64,000 bases of DNA from Thermomicrobiales bacterium (GTDB taxonomy: Bacteria > Chloroflexota > Chloroflexia > Thermomicrobiales > UBA6265), in assembly GCA_045804965.1 (NCBI GenBank), contig JBJMMD010000016.1:133482-197481 (forward strand), read 5' to 3'. A model generated the notes under the pieces. It ran no database searches. It worked only from the letters and a program-made list of their open reading frames with translations, and was not told the origin of the DNA. A program made the translations under genes and the position numbers. Shown here one piece after another: positions 54,121 to 64,000 of the stretch. Position 1 is the first letter of the stretch. Each line of letters begins with the position of its first letter.

Positions 54121-55827
54121 ATGGTTTGGATCGAGCCTGAACCTATTCCTCCGGACCTGGAGCCCCTCGACAACGACCCTTTGATCAATGAGCTTCTCTA
54201 TCGCCGCGGAATCCGCACGAAGACCGCGGCCCTTGAGTTTTTGCGAAAGCATCCACGGCCCGCGCCTGATCTCAGTCTTTTGCCCAACCTCGATCGCGCG
54301 GTCGAACGCGCATGCACGGCAATCGAAAAGGGCGAAACGATCGCCGTCTACGGCGACTATGATGCGGATGGCGTGACCTCTACGGCCCTCCTCGTGCGCG
54401 CCCTTCGCGCCGCCTGCGGCGATCGCGCGCGCGTGCTCTATCGCTTGCCGACGCGCGAGGAAGGGTATGGACTGAACCTGGCGGCAGTCGATGCGCTGGC
54501 ACAAGCCGGTGCGAGCTTGTTGATCGCGGTCGACTGCGGCAGCACCGACCATCAGCATGTCGCCCACGCCCGCGAGCTCGGTCTCGACGTCATCGTGTTC
54601 GACCACCACCGCATGCACGACGAGGGGCCGGAAGGGGCCATTGTCGTGTCCGCCCAACTTGCCGATTCCGGCATCTACCGGGAACTCGCCGCGGTCGGCG
54701 TTGGCTACTTCTTCGTTTCAGCCCTCGCCCGCGAAGGGTGCAAGCTCGACGGCGAGAATGGCGACCATGAGACCAGTTTGCTTGATCTCGTCGCCCTCGG
54801 CACTGTCGCGGATGTGTCCCCGTTGCTGGGCGCCAATAGGGCGCTCGTACGCGACGGTCTGGCCAAGATGCGGTCGAAACCTCGGGCCGGGGTTGCGGCG
54901 CTGTGCCGAAAGGCAAGTTTGAGCCCATCTACGCTGACAACAGACCAAATCTCGTTCCGAATCGCGCCCCGGCTCAACGCCGCCGGGCGCATGGGAGATC
55001 CCCGGCAGGCGCTCGAACTGCTCTTAACCGACGACCCTCTCGAGGCCGAGAAGATCGCCACTGAAATCGAGACCATGAACACCGAACGGCGATCAGCGTC
55101 GGCGCGCATTGTGGACGAAGCGGACAATGTGATTCGCAGCACTGCAGGTTGGGAAGAGAAGCGGCTGCTAGTTGTGCGAGGACCAAATTGGACCTCAGGC
55201 GTGCTCGGCGCCGTCGCCAGCCAACTCGTCACCCGGTTTGGCCGTCCAGTGGTCGTCCTCGCCGACGACGGAGCCATCAGCCGTGGCTCGGCGCGATCCG
55301 TCCTTGAATTCGACATCAGCGTGGCGCTGCTCGATTGCGCAGACCTCTTGCTGACCTTTGGCGGACATAGTCAGGCCGCTGGTCTGAGCTTGCCCAGCGA
55401 CCGAGTGCCCGAGCTCACGGCGCGACTGAACCAGGCCATTGCGGATTCCGGGCTTGAATTTTCCTCGGAACCGACCCTTGTCATCGACGCCGAACTGACG
55501 CACGCTCAGCTTTCAAAAGAGACCGCGAAGAAAGTCGAATCACTCCAACCCTTTGGCCAAGGCAACCACACACCGCTCTTTCTTATCCGTAATTTGGTCG
55601 CTCGCCAATACGACGTTCTTGGGCAGGATAGGACTCACCTTCGGGTGCAACTCGAAACGTCGAAAGGGATTTGCCGCGCGGTGATTTGGGGCGCGGCCGC
55701 GCGCTCGCGGGAATTGCTCAACCGACCAACGATCGACATCGTCGCCGTCGTCAGCATCGACACCTGGAACAACCAGGAGCGACTGCAGGTCGAGATCAAG
55801 GATTTTCGGGAGTCCGCAATGTCGTAA
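54121..55827 (+). CDS. recJ: single-stranded-DNA-specific exonuclease RecJ
   Basis: DHH motifs (IAVYGDYDADGVTSTALL; VIVFDHHRM) and a DHHA1 region (GGHSQAAGLSL). ATG 54121, inside the track ORF. Confidence 0.9.
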   Translation: MVWIEPEPIPPDLEPLDNDPLINELLYRRGIRTKTAALEFLRKHPRPAPDLSLLPNLDRAVERACTAIEKGETIAVYGDYDADGVTSTALLVRALRAACGDRARVLYRLPTREEGYGLNLAAVDALAQAGASLLIAVDCGSTDHQHVAHARELGLDVIVFDHHRMHDEGPEGAIVVSAQLADSGIYRELAAVGVGYFFVSALAREGCKLDGENGDHETSLLDLVALGTVADVSPLLGANRALVRDGLAKMRSKPRAGVAALCRKASLSPSTLTTDQISFRIAPRLNAAGRMGDPRQALELLLTDDPLEAEKIATEIETMNTERRSASARIVDEADNVIRSTAGWEEKRLLVVRGPNWTSGVLGAVASQLVTRFGRPVVVLADDGAISRGSARSVLEFDISVALLDCADLLLTFGGHSQAAGLSLPSDRVPELTARLNQAIADSGLEFSSEPTLVIDAELTHAQLSKETAKKVESLQPFGQGNHTPLFLIRNLVARQYDVLGQDRTHLRVQLETSKGICRAVIWGAAARSRELLNRPTIDIVAVVSIDTWNNQERLQVEIKDFRESAMS

Positions 55828-55894
55828 GAGCGCAGAAATGCGCGGTGGGATTCGGCGAGAATATGTTTAGCCCTGAGGTACCGTCGCGCCGATG

Positions 55895-55921
55895 AAAAAG
55901 GGCGCACCGCGGTGCGCCCTT
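55895..55921 (-). terminator. rho-independent terminator of lon (possibly bidirectional with recJ)
   Basis: 9-11 bp stem GGGCGCACC / GGTGCGCCC, followed on the minus strand by TTTTT. Lies 38 nt after the lon stop. Confidence 0.7.
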
Positions 55922-55958
55922 CGGACTCTACGCTGTCAGCACTTGATCACACGATTCA

Positions 55959-58373
55959 TCAGGCGTCCGCGACGACGCCTGCATCAAACGGCGCCGGTGG
56001 GACCGGTGTCTCGACGGTGGCCAGGCCGTCGACGGAGTCGTCAAAAAGAATCGCCTCGCGGATCACGTCGTCCATGTTCGCGACGAAGATGAATTGCATG
56101 TCTTTGAGCACATTCGCTGGTAGCTTGGTGAGATCGCGACTGTTGTCCATTGGCGCGATCAGCCGCCGGATTCCGTGGCGGTGAGCGGCAAGTGCTTTGT
56201 CCTTGAGACCGCCGATCGCGAGCACGCGGCCGCGCAAGGTAATCTCGCCGGTCATTGCCGTGTCATTCCTGACCGGTCGCCGCGTGAGTGCTGAAATCAA
56301 GGCTGTTGCCATCGTGATCCCGGCCGACGGACCGTCCTTCGGCGTGGCCCCTTCCGGCAAATGGATGTGCAGATCGAGCTTCTCCTGGAAATCGGGATCG
56401 ATTTGCAATTGGTCGGCCCGGGAGCGGGCGTACGACAGTGCCGCCCTCGCCGATTCCTGCATGACGTCGCCGGCCTGGCCGGTGATGGTGAGACCACCCC
56501 GCCCGGTCATCGTCGCGACTTCGACCGGAATCAGCTCCCCGCCGATGTCGGTCGTGCCGAGCCCGATCGCAAGACCGACTTGGCTCTCGTCGATTTCCTG
56601 ATCGAAACCGTACTTCTTGGGACCGAGATAATCTTCGATCCGCTGCTCGGTCAGACGAATCTTCGTGGTCTTGCCGCGGACGATATCGCGCGCAACCTTC
56701 CGGCAAATGGAGGCGAGCTCGCGATCCAGTTGACGGACGCCCGCTTCGCGCGTGTAGTCGCGCACAATCCGAGGCCAGATCTTTTCGGGGATCTCGAGCG
56801 ATCCCTTGGCCAGACCGTGGTCCTCCATCTGCCGGCGCAGCAGATAGCGGCGGCCGATTTCAACCTTCTCTTCTTCGGTGTAGCCCGAAACCTCGATGAT
56901 CTCAATGCGGTCGCGCAACGGCCGCGGAATCTGATAAGCGTAGTTGGCTGTGGTGATGAAGAGCACCTTCGACAGGTTATACGGTACGTCGAGAAAGTGA
57001 TCCGTGAAGGAAAAATTCTGCTCGGGATCGAGCACTTCCAACATTGCCGCCGCGGGATCACCCCGGTAATCCGATGAGAGCTTGTCGATCTCATCGAGCA
57101 ATATGACCGGGTTGATCGTTTGCGCGGTTCGCATCGCGCCGATGATCCGCCCCGGCATGGCGCCGATGTACGTCCGCCGGTGTCCGCGAATTTCCGCCTC
57201 GTCGCGCACGCCGCCGAGACTGACGCGCACGAATTGCCGTCCCATCGAGGAGGCGATCGATCGCCCGAGGCTCGTCTTGCCGACGCCTGGAGGTCCGAGC
57301 AAGCAAAGAATTTGCGCCGAACCGCGTCCAGAACCCACGGAATCGGCGCGCAATTTGCGCACGGCGAGGAATTCGAGAATGCGGTCTTTGACGTGCTCGA
57401 GACCGTAATGGTCGTCGTTCAGCAGCCGCTCGGCCTCCTCGAGATCGATGCGATCTTCTGATTCTTCGGCCCAGGGGAGGCCGAGCATCGTGTCGATATA
57501 AGTCCGAACGACAGTTGCCTCGGCCGAGACCGATGGCATCCGCTCCAACCGTCCCAGCTCGCGCCCGAGTTTTTCCTCAACCTCGGCCGGCAATCCGCGC
57601 GCCGCGATCTTGGCGCGTAGTGTTTCGATCTCGTTGCCTTGCTCGCCGCCGAGCTCGTCGTGAATTACCTTCAGTTGCTCGCGCAAGTAGTACTCGCGCT
57701 GATTCTTGTCGATCTGGTCTCGCACTCGATCGCGAATCTTTTGCTCGAGCTGGGCAACCTCAATTTCACTCGCCATGTAGATGGCGAGCTGTTCCAGCCT
57801 GGTGATCGGATTGACCGTTTCGAGCAAATTTTGGCGGCGATCGGCGTCAGTCAGGAGTTGAGTCGACAGCAAGTCGGCCAGGTGACCTGGATCTGTTCCG
57901 CGCTGAATCATGTCCAGCACTTCGGTCGACAGTTTGCCGCGCGCCTCGGCGTACTTGCCGGCAAGCTCTTGGATATGCTGAATCATCACCTGAGATTCGT
58001 CCGCCGATAGCTCCGCTTCTTTCATTTCATCAGCGGTCACGGTGTAGTACTGCCGCGACTGGTCGAACGCCGAAAGCCGAACTCGAGACACACCCTGCAA
58101 CACGACCTGGATCGCGCCGCCCTGTTGGCGCTCAACCGAGATGATCTCAGCCAAGGAGCCAATCACGCGCAAATCTTCAGGTTGTGGGTCTTCGACTTCG
58201 CTGTCAACGTGCGCAGTGACGACAATCCGCTTTTCGCGGACCAGCGCTTCCTCGACCGCTTGGATTGACCGCGGTCTGCCGACGAGAAGAGTGACAATGT
58301 TGCGCGGGAAGATAACCACGTTCTTCAGCGGCAAGAGGGGATAGCGTTGGGTGTACAACTCGTAGCGGCTCAT
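55959..58373 (-). CDS. lon: ATP-dependent endopeptidase La (LonA)
   Basis: N-terminal LON domain, Walker A GPPGVGKTS, Walker B ILLDEIDK and protease Ser motif PKDGPSAGITMATA. Start at ATG 58373 (MSRYELY). Confidence 0.95.
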   Translation of the reverse strand: MSRYELYTQRYPLLPLKNVVIFPRNIVTLLVGRPRSIQAVEEALVREKRIVVTAHVDSEVEDPQPEDLRVIGSLAEIISVERQQGGAIQVVLQGVSRVRLSAFDQSRQYYTVTADEMKEAELSADESQVMIQHIQELAGKYAEARGKLSTEVLDMIQRGTDPGHLADLLSTQLLTDADRRQNLLETVNPITRLEQLAIYMASEIEVAQLEQKIRDRVRDQIDKNQREYYLREQLKVIHDELGGEQGNEIETLRAKIAARGLPAEVEEKLGRELGRLERMPSVSAEATVVRTYIDTMLGLPWAEESEDRIDLEEAERLLNDDHYGLEHVKDRILEFLAVRKLRADSVGSGRGSAQILCLLGPPGVGKTSLGRSIASSMGRQFVRVSLGGVRDEAEIRGHRRTYIGAMPGRIIGAMRTAQTINPVILLDEIDKLSSDYRGDPAAAMLEVLDPEQNFSFTDHFLDVPYNLSKVLFITTANYAYQIPRPLRDRIEIIEVSGYTEEEKVEIGRRYLLRRQMEDHGLAKGSLEIPEKIWPRIVRDYTREAGVRQLDRELASICRKVARDIVRGKTTKIRLTEQRIEDYLGPKKYGFDQEIDESQVGLAIGLGTTDIGGELIPVEVATMTGRGGLTITGQAGDVMQESARAALSYARSRADQLQIDPDFQEKLDLHIHLPEGATPKDGPSAGITMATALISALTRRPVRNDTAMTGEITLRGRVLAIGGLKDKALAAHRHGIRRLIAPMDNSRDLTKLPANVLKDMQFIFVANMDDVIREAILFDDSVDGLATVETPVPPAPFDAGVVADA

Positions 58374-58769
58374 AGTGGTCTGCTTCTTCGAAGTCGCATA
58401 CGACAACACGCCTCTCCGAGCACTCAAGCAGAAACTCATCGGCGGCTGCCGAATGCGGGCTGGGCAGTCCCTTGCTTTGCAGGGTGCCGCTCATCATACC
58501 CTACGGCAGAACCGGTAGCCAACTCGACGGAGGCAACTCTTCCAGTTGAAAGCACATCCTGGGCCCGTCGAATCGTGTACGTACACTATGGACAGACGTG
58601 GGACATGCTGTCAAGTGTTCAGCCAACCAAAAGCGGCCAGTTGCCGGAGATTTAGTACCCCTCGGCTGGGTTGTCCAGGTGACACTGCGCTCGTTTCTGA
58701 GACGCCCGTCGCCAAGTACAATCTCGCGCGGCAAGATCGGGTTTACGCACGATTTGGTGGAGAACCGAG

Positions 58770-59333
58770 ATGAGCGTCGCGCCGCGATGCCATGAGCGCG
58801 CCGAGGCGTGGCCGCGTCGGCTGTGCCTGGGATTGCTTTGTCTCGCGATCGTGGGCCTCACCGCGTGCGGCGGCGGGAATAACAACCCCGCGACGGCGAC
58901 GCCTGCCGTGCCCACACCGGTGGCGTCTCCGACGGCAACGATCGGTCCGTCAACGCCAGGAAATTTTGCCGCCGATGCTACGGAGCTGGGAAAGATCGTC
59001 TGGGCGACCGGCATTGACGACACCACGAAGGCGCCAAACGACCACGTCAGCGCCTACAGCCACGACGCTCCCGCAATCTACGCGGTGCTTCCGGTGATTC
59101 GGCTCAATGCCAAAGCTCGAATTACGGCCGAGTGGGATTACGACGGCACGCCGATGCCAAAGGTGACGACGATTATCAACGGTTCGGATTTGCCGAAGGG
59201 CGGATGGATTGAGTTTCATCTGCAGCGTGCGACGAATCTCTTTTGGCCGGTGGGTTCCTACCACGTACGCGTGCTCGTCAACGGCCAGCTTGCGCAAGAG
59301 TCCTCCATCGAGGTCAAGCCGCCTAGCCAATGA
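58770..59333 (+). CDS. putative lipoprotein, hypothetical
   Basis: Lipobox-like LGLLCLAIVGLTAC followed by a Pro/Thr/Ala spacer. GGTGGAG lies 7 nt before the ATG. Confidence 0.65.
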   Translation: MSVAPRCHERAEAWPRRLCLGLLCLAIVGLTACGGGNNNPATATPAVPTPVASPTATIGPSTPGNFAADATELGKIVWATGIDDTTKAPNDHVSAYSHDAPAIYAVLPVIRLNAKARITAEWDYDGTPMPKVTTIINGSDLPKGGWIEFHLQRATNLFWPVGSYHVRVLVNGQLAQESSIEVKPPSQ

Positions 59334-59567
59334 GCACTAGCGATTGCCGACCGACGGAACTATCAAAACAATGCGGAGTGGCTAGTTCTTCCTTGCACGA
59401 CGGACGCCGAGGATGCTAGCCTTCGTTATCAGAAAAGGCAATCCGCAACCAAGGGCGACACGCTCGCCTAGCGAGTCCGCCCACCTTGAACCAGGCGAGT
59501 GCGACGCCGGCAAACGACTGGACCGGTCGATCGTATCGAATCCCCGCTGCCCACCGTTGGGAGCGGA

Positions 59568-60002
59568 ATGTCGCGAGGCTCTAAGATGGTTCAGCGCAGA
59601 TGCTCATCAGATGGCCAATCTCAGAGCGGTTCCGAAGCCGGCGTGATACCCGACTCGCTTGCCGAATCGGGTGAAACCGCGGTTGAAATCTGCTCTACGG
59701 GGACAGAGGAAGACAGCTACCGGGCGCCGACGCTGTTCGCGTGGCAGTCCGGCCGTCAAGTGCTCCTACTGGATGAAGAACTTGGTGGTCACTGGCAAAT
59801 GGCGGAGCTTGAATACGATCCCATCCTCAACCGCTACGTGGAAGTTCGTCGCGCGACTTACGACTGGTTCCGGGAGGCACTCGGCGCACTCATGAGCCGA
59901 GCATTGCTCTCCGGCGAAGCCGTCGCCGAGGATGCAGGCACGAACCTCCTCGCCTGGTACTTCGCCTACTATGCGCCGATCTTGGCCACCGAGCCACACT
60001 AG
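59568..60002 (+). CDS. hypothetical protein
   Basis: ATG 59568 after GGGAGCGGA, 144 aa, no family recognised. The track ORF starts at 59499. Confidence 0.45.
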   Translation: MSRGSKMVQRRCSSDGQSQSGSEAGVIPDSLAESGETAVEICSTGTEEDSYRAPTLFAWQSGRQVLLLDEELGGHWQMAELEYDPILNRYVEVRRATYDWFREALGALMSRALLSGEAVAEDAGTNLLAWYFAYYAPILATEPH

Positions 60003-60210
60003 GCAGTCCGCTCACTCCCAGTCCCAGAGAACAACCGCGACGCCGGGTTGAACATGACCCAGAGGTTGTCTAACTCCCGGGAGAACCCCCGCCGGGACGA
60101 GGCGCGGAGCGCTTCAAACCACACACTTCTTCTTCGCATCACCAATGCTTTCTCGTGCACGCTCGGGAAGTGCGATTTCGAAGTGACGGAACTTTAGGAA
60201 CTCCCAGCTC

Positions 60211-60744
60211 CTACTTGTGTTCCAGAGGAGGGATCTTCTCGCCGGCTTCGATGCGGATGGGGAGGATGTTCTCGAAAGGCGTGAGCGGGCAGCTCCAGCC
60301 GTGGCTGTACGCGCAATAAGGGTTATACGCGTAGTTGAAATCGACGACGAGCTTCCCATCCGGCCGCTTCTGCGGATCGAGATAGCGGCCCACGCTGTAG
60401 GTCTCCTTGCCTGCCGTAGCATCCTTGAATGGCAGGAAAAAGCGTCCTCGTTCGACATCCTTGAATACGGTCAGTTTCGCGGGCTGGCCATCCACCTCAA
60501 AATGGACGCGGCCGGCGCGGATGAATTGCTTGACTGCATTATTTGCGGTCGGTAATTCGATACGCTCCCCGACGTCGTCGCCGCGCTCGTCGATTTCGAG
60601 CTGGAACGCCAAGTCCGGGCGCTCGTCAAAATATGCCAATCCCTTGAATACCGGTCGGTCTCCGTCGGAAAGCGGAGAGTGTTCGTCTGTTGCGAAGTAC
60701 TCGTCGCGCCGGGTTCGATAGCCACTTAATCGACTCTTCGTCAT
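60211..60744 (-). CDS. DUF1684 domain protein
   Basis: YRTRRDEYFATDEHSPL...FKGLAYFD...FFLPFKDATAGKETYSVGRYLD...NYAYNPYCAYSHGWSCPLTPFEN matches the DUF1684 pattern. ATG 60744. Confidence 0.85.
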   Translation of the reverse strand: MTKSRLSGYRTRRDEYFATDEHSPLSDGDRPVFKGLAYFDERPDLAFQLEIDERGDDVGERIELPTANNAVKQFIRAGRVHFEVDGQPAKLTVFKDVERGRFFLPFKDATAGKETYSVGRYLDPQKRPDGKLVVDFNYAYNPYCAYSHGWSCPLTPFENILPIRIEAGEKIPPLEHK

Positions 60745-60810
60745 CTTCTGTCCTTCAACACGCTGGTTCCGGCAAAAAACACCGCTGGAGTCCAATACTT
60801 TCTAAATGAT

Positions 60811-60819
60811 AGTATAGCA
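60811..60819 (-). promoter_or_regulatory. candidate extended -10 promoter element for the DUF1684 gene
   Basis: Minus strand reads TGCTATACT in an AT-rich spacer about 65 nt upstream of the ATG. No good -35 box. Confidence 0.3.
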
Positions 60820-60830
60820 GATCAGTCAAA

Positions 60831-61361
60831 TCACGGGGCCGCGGTCTGTACCGGCGCGGCCCCATTCAGCGAGGGGCCGACCGACGTAGTCGGAAGCGGT
60901 GGAAGCTGTGGTTCCGTGCCCCGAGCGGTTTGCGGCTGAACCTGCACCGGCCCCACGGTTACAGATCGCACTGGCGGTGGTTGCACTGCCGGGCGCTCGT
61001 CGCCGTCGCTGCCACCGCTCGTTCCCCCCGAGGAGCCGCCGATCGCGATGATCAGCGTAACGCAGACGATAAAGAGGATGAGCAGTCTGCGCTCGGATTC
61101 TAGCCAGGCAGGAAGCTCCGGCAGTTGGCGCCCAGGTGGTTCCTCATGCGGGGCAAGAATCCACTCCGTGGAAAACGGCTTCGGGCCCGATCGCTCGCCT
61201 TTTTGACCTACACGCAGCGGCACGGAGGCACATGACCTACCGCCCACTCCGTGCAGACCCGAACATCGCAAACGGCGCGGCGTCGGTGAACTCTGCAGAA
61301 CGCACGGGGTACGCGGGTTTGAATCAACACAGGTTCGGACGCTCCTTTGCGGACCGATCAC
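60831..61361 (-). CDS. hypothetical single-pass membrane protein with Pro-rich tail (start uncertain)
   Basis: One TM helix (LLILFIVCVTLIIAIGG) followed by a Gly/Ser and Pro-rich tail. High G/C at third positions. The N-terminal ~70 codons of the track ORF look non-coding (Arg/Cys-rich). Confidence 0.3.
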   Translation of the reverse strand: MIGPQRSVRTCVDSNPRTPCVLQSSPTPRRLRCSGLHGVGGRSCASVPLRVGQKGERSGPKPFSTEWILAPHEEPPGRQLPELPAWLESERRLLILFIVCVTLIIAIGGSSGGTSGGSDGDERPAVQPPPVRSVTVGPVQVQPQTARGTEPQLPPLPTTSVGPSLNGAAPVQTAAP

Positions 61362-61548
61362 ACGCGCGAAACATCATCTTGCCGCGTTTGTCAACACGGA
61401 GATACTGCGTATGCGTTGCCATCGCCGGCAACGCCAACCCGGGATCTCCCGATTCGCCATTGTTGCATAAAGGGGAGGATGCCAGAGACTGCGCCGTCCG
61501 GCAAGGGGTCGCCGCACGGCGGCACATCAATTTGAGGTCGTTCGCGGT

Positions 61549-63111
61549 CTACGTGTGCACGTAAACGGGGGTGCCGATCGTTGCCCAGTTCCAAAAATAC
61601 TCGGAATCGTCAAGCAGCAGGTTCAAGCATCCATGGCTACCGGGACGTCCGATCGTCTCCGGCGTGCGCCACCACGCGAAGTGGATTGCATGCCCACGGT
61701 TCGTGAAGTACTGAGTAAAGAGCACGTCCTCGAGCTTGTAGAAATGCTCGGCGCCAATCGCGCCGCTGGTCATCGTTTCGTTCGGGACACGAGAAAGGAT
61801 CTGGTAGAAACCGGGCGGCGTCTCGTAGCCGGCCATGCCGGTCGTCGTCGGCACCGTGCGCACTGCCGTTCTGCCGTTGTACGCGGTCATCAGCTGCTGC
61901 GTGAGATGGACGTCAATCCATTTGCCTGACGCCGGGGCGTCGGCAGGGACAGGCGTGGGGCTGACGGGGGCATTGCGGCCAACATTCCGGGAATAGATAT
62001 ATTTACCTTCCTTCGTCTTCGCCCATTCGTCGGCGCCTTCGAAAACTTCCTCCCCCCGTACCCAGGCGACGATCGTGACATTCTCGCCATACTCCAGTAC
62101 ATCGACGATGTCCGATTTCGTCGTCGGCTGTGCGCGGAGGTTCGTCTCGCCGAGCGCGGCGCCTTGCCAAACGGCAGGGTTCCAGTCTGCCAGCGACCGC
62201 GCCGGGAGCGGGGGCGGCTCTTTGATATAGTCCGACGAGACCCAGCCTGAATAGCCGTCCGCATAACCGGGAATCCAATCACCCTTCGCGTCGCGGACAG
62301 CGATGAATTCCGCATTGTCCGGCAACAATGTCTGAATATCCGAATTGAGGTTCGGTCCGTTTCGCAAGCGAAGACCGTCGGTCGCCTTCACCAGCGTCGT
62401 TTTACCGCCGCTCGGCGGCGCCGGCCAGAAGGCTTGGTTGTTCGTAAAGCTGCCGGCGTCTTCGGCATGTTTGCGACCGAGCGGGCGAAGCGTGATCGCG
62501 CCATCACGTTCTTCGAGCACGACCCGCTCAAAGGCTTGCACGGTCGCCCCGTCCGCGTTGAACGGTTCGGAAAGCGGCAACCCGAAGATCGGCAAATCGC
62601 CTTTCTGTTCCCAGAAGGTGCGGAGCCGACCCGAGATCGTGTGACCCGATTCCGGGAAAAGGCGGCAAGAGCCCGAGCCTGAACAGCTATTCACGCGCTT
62701 CCGCGCCGAGGCGGGCGCCGTTTCCTGAATCCGTTTCTCGGACAAATGCTGTCCTTGCACCTCCCAGGGCGCTCCGAGGGTGGGATCGTAAACGAGGGTG
62801 GCGCCTTCAAAGGTTTGCAGAATGGCGCCGGCATTGTCGTCAAAGCGTTCTTCGGAGAGGGGCAGGCCGAGACCATTTTCACTGCCTGCTTGTTGCCATT
62901 TGCTGAGGAACGGCTCCTTCAGGTTATGGCCGGTCTTGGCGAAATAACGGCCCGTGCCGATTGGCACCGTGGGTTCAATCGCCTGCTGCGCTGAGATATG
63001 ACCGACTACGGAGCGCGGTAGGAAGAGCGCCCCGGCGGCGACGCCTGCGGCGCGCAGCATCTCCCGGCGCCGCAGGCGATGGCTGAGTACCTGTGTTGCA
63101 TCGATGGTCAT
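61549..63111 (-). CDS. L,D-transpeptidase (YkuD) family protein with Tat-type leader, LGFP-like repeats and SH3-like domains
   Basis: RLRRREMLRAAGVAAGALFL leader; repeats (GLGLPLSEE...ILQTFEGATLVY; IFGLPLSEP...TVQAFERVVLEE); two SH3b-like segments; catalytic GRPGSHGCLNL. ATG 63111. Confidence 0.9.
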   Translation of the reverse strand: MTIDATQVLSHRLRRREMLRAAGVAAGALFLPRSVVGHISAQQAIEPTVPIGTGRYFAKTGHNLKEPFLSKWQQAGSENGLGLPLSEERFDDNAGAILQTFEGATLVYDPTLGAPWEVQGQHLSEKRIQETAPASARKRVNSCSGSGSCRLFPESGHTISGRLRTFWEQKGDLPIFGLPLSEPFNADGATVQAFERVVLEERDGAITLRPLGRKHAEDAGSFTNNQAFWPAPPSGGKTTLVKATDGLRLRNGPNLNSDIQTLLPDNAEFIAVRDAKGDWIPGYADGYSGWVSSDYIKEPPPLPARSLADWNPAVWQGAALGETNLRAQPTTKSDIVDVLEYGENVTIVAWVRGEEVFEGADEWAKTKEGKYIYSRNVGRNAPVSPTPVPADAPASGKWIDVHLTQQLMTAYNGRTAVRTVPTTTGMAGYETPPGFYQILSRVPNETMTSGAIGAEHFYKLEDVLFTQYFTNRGHAIHFAWWRTPETIGRPGSHGCLNLLLDDSEYFWNWATIGTPVYVHT

Positions 63112-63394
63112 ATGTCCTCCTGCTCGCCCCTGCCCGAACCTGATGTCATCGGCAGTCAAAAACAAGCAGTTCAACCTGCCCTGTCGCGCGAAAAGGGCAA
63201 CCATGCTCGCTACTTGTTTGAACGAGAAACACACCGCGAGGGTTTCGCCAGATTCGACTCTTCATCTCCGGCGAGTCGCCGAGACCATTCTGGTATACGT
63301 GCGCGACTGGGCGCCCGGTTCGCTTGCGCGTTCTCGGGTAGACTTGTTCACGCAACCACCACCTCATCCGTTCGTTTTGGGAAGGGGCGAAATC

Positions 63395-63781
63395 GTGGGA
63401 GGGGTGATCGGCGGGCAACGCACCGCCCGGCGCATCGTACATGCCGATTTGCCGGTCGTACCGAGTCCGAGCGGCTTGCCTTCACAGCATATCGTTTCAC
63501 ACGCCGTGGGATCGCAGGCCATCTTTGTCGGCCAACAATGGCTCGCGCCGGGCGAGCGCGTTCTCTTGCACTCGCATCCTGTCGAGGAAGCGCTCACGTT
63601 TCTTGCAGGTACCGGCGAAGCCATCCTCGGTGAAGATATTGTCCAGATCGGTGGTGGGACAAGCCTCTTCATCCCGTCGGGCGTCGTTCACGGCTTCACG
63701 AATACGGGCGATGATACGCTCCATGTCTTGATTGTCTTCCAAGGACCACGGTTCGCCGAAACGACTGTCACCGAGCGCTAA
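63395..63781 (+). CDS. cupin domain protein
   Basis: HSHPVEEALTFLAGTGEA...GGGTSLFIPSGVVHGFTNTG cupin motifs 1 and 2. Start set at GTG 63395, 7 nt after GGAAGGGG. The 5' part of the track ORF overlaps the divergent transpeptidase gene. Confidence 0.7.
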   Translation: MGGVIGGQRTARRIVHADLPVVPSPSGLPSQHIVSHAVGSQAIFVGQQWLAPGERVLLHSHPVEEALTFLAGTGEAILGEDIVQIGGGTSLFIPSGVVHGFTNTGDDTLHVLIVFQGPRFAETTVTER

Positions 63782-63845
63782 CGTCTCGGTAGACCGAACG
63801 TTTCAGTCGGACGCGTTCGTTCGATGAGTTAGGGAGTCATCCAGC

Positions 63846-64000
63846 GTGTCGACAGTGTTGGCCGAAGCGACCCGCGGAGGCGCGGTCGAAAGCGTGCACA
63901 ACGGAGTCGTTGTCGTCGTGGACGTTCGCGGCAAGGTCATCGCCCATGCTGGCGATCCTGAGCTGTTTGCCTACTTTCGCTCGTCGGCCAAGCCGTTTCA
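63846..64000 (+). CDS. asparaginase-II-family-like protein, 5' part only (runs off the right edge)
   Basis: Own translation: VSTVLAEATRGGAVESVHNGVVVVVDVRGKVIAHAGDPELFAYFRSSAKPF. This resembles the N-terminus of the Rhizobium-type asparaginase II family. AGGGAG lies 9 nt before the GTG. Confidence 0.6.
   Translation, partial: MSTVLAEATRGGAVESVHNGVVVVVDVRGKVIAHAGDPELFAYFRSSAKPF

Overview
High-G+C, densely coding bacterial chromosomal window with about 55 protein genes, most on the minus strand. I saw no rRNA, tRNA, CRISPR array, transposase or integrase. Left to right: a PadR-linked ABC-2 exporter; a YciI plus ECF-sigma pair; an SQR-like flavoprotein; a block of decayed genes (1-Cys peroxiredoxin and a large HTH/P-loop/TPR/LuxR regulator); a membrane-protein, fatty-acid-desaturase and CrtI-like flavoprotein module; an ankyrin protein. 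Next comes a 9.4-kb same-strand carbohydrate cluster: a GMC flavoprotein fused to a gluconate-2-dehydrogenase subunit-3 domain, a crotonase, GH88, a sugar ABC importer and a second GMC enzyme. Then a 1422-aa secreted protein with 11 tandem Cys-pair SpaA-like domains; a CoA-transferase; a DPPR-synthase (UbiA), SDR and Gfo/Idh/MocA trio; murI; two more sugar ABC loci, one reduced to an orphan binding protein plus a permease remnant; BtpA. The right third holds prfA-prmC translationally coupled to a cytoplasmic sulfite-oxidase-family molybdoenzyme; two coiled-coil hypotheticals; metH; two L,D-transpeptidases; recJ; lon; DUF1684; a cupin; and the start of an asparaginase-II-like gene. Most notable observations: (1) a peroxiredoxin gene interrupted only by two in-frame TGA codons; (2) a ~97-nt direct repeat duplicating promoter-like boxes, SD and the first 7 codons of the CrtI-like gene, bracketing a 2.5-kb desaturase cassette; (3) the GMC/GH88/crotonase cluster with a signal-less fusion flavoprotein; (4) a possible DprE1-independent arabinose-lipid route; (5) a 430-nt structured, ORF-poor convergent spacer after metH. 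The lineage cannot be fixed without a search. Twin-arginine binding proteins, Thr/Pro linkers and strong GGAGG SDs would fit a high-GC monoderm such as Chloroflexota/Thermomicrobia or Actinomycetota. All functional calls rest on motif recognition by eye, not on database hits.
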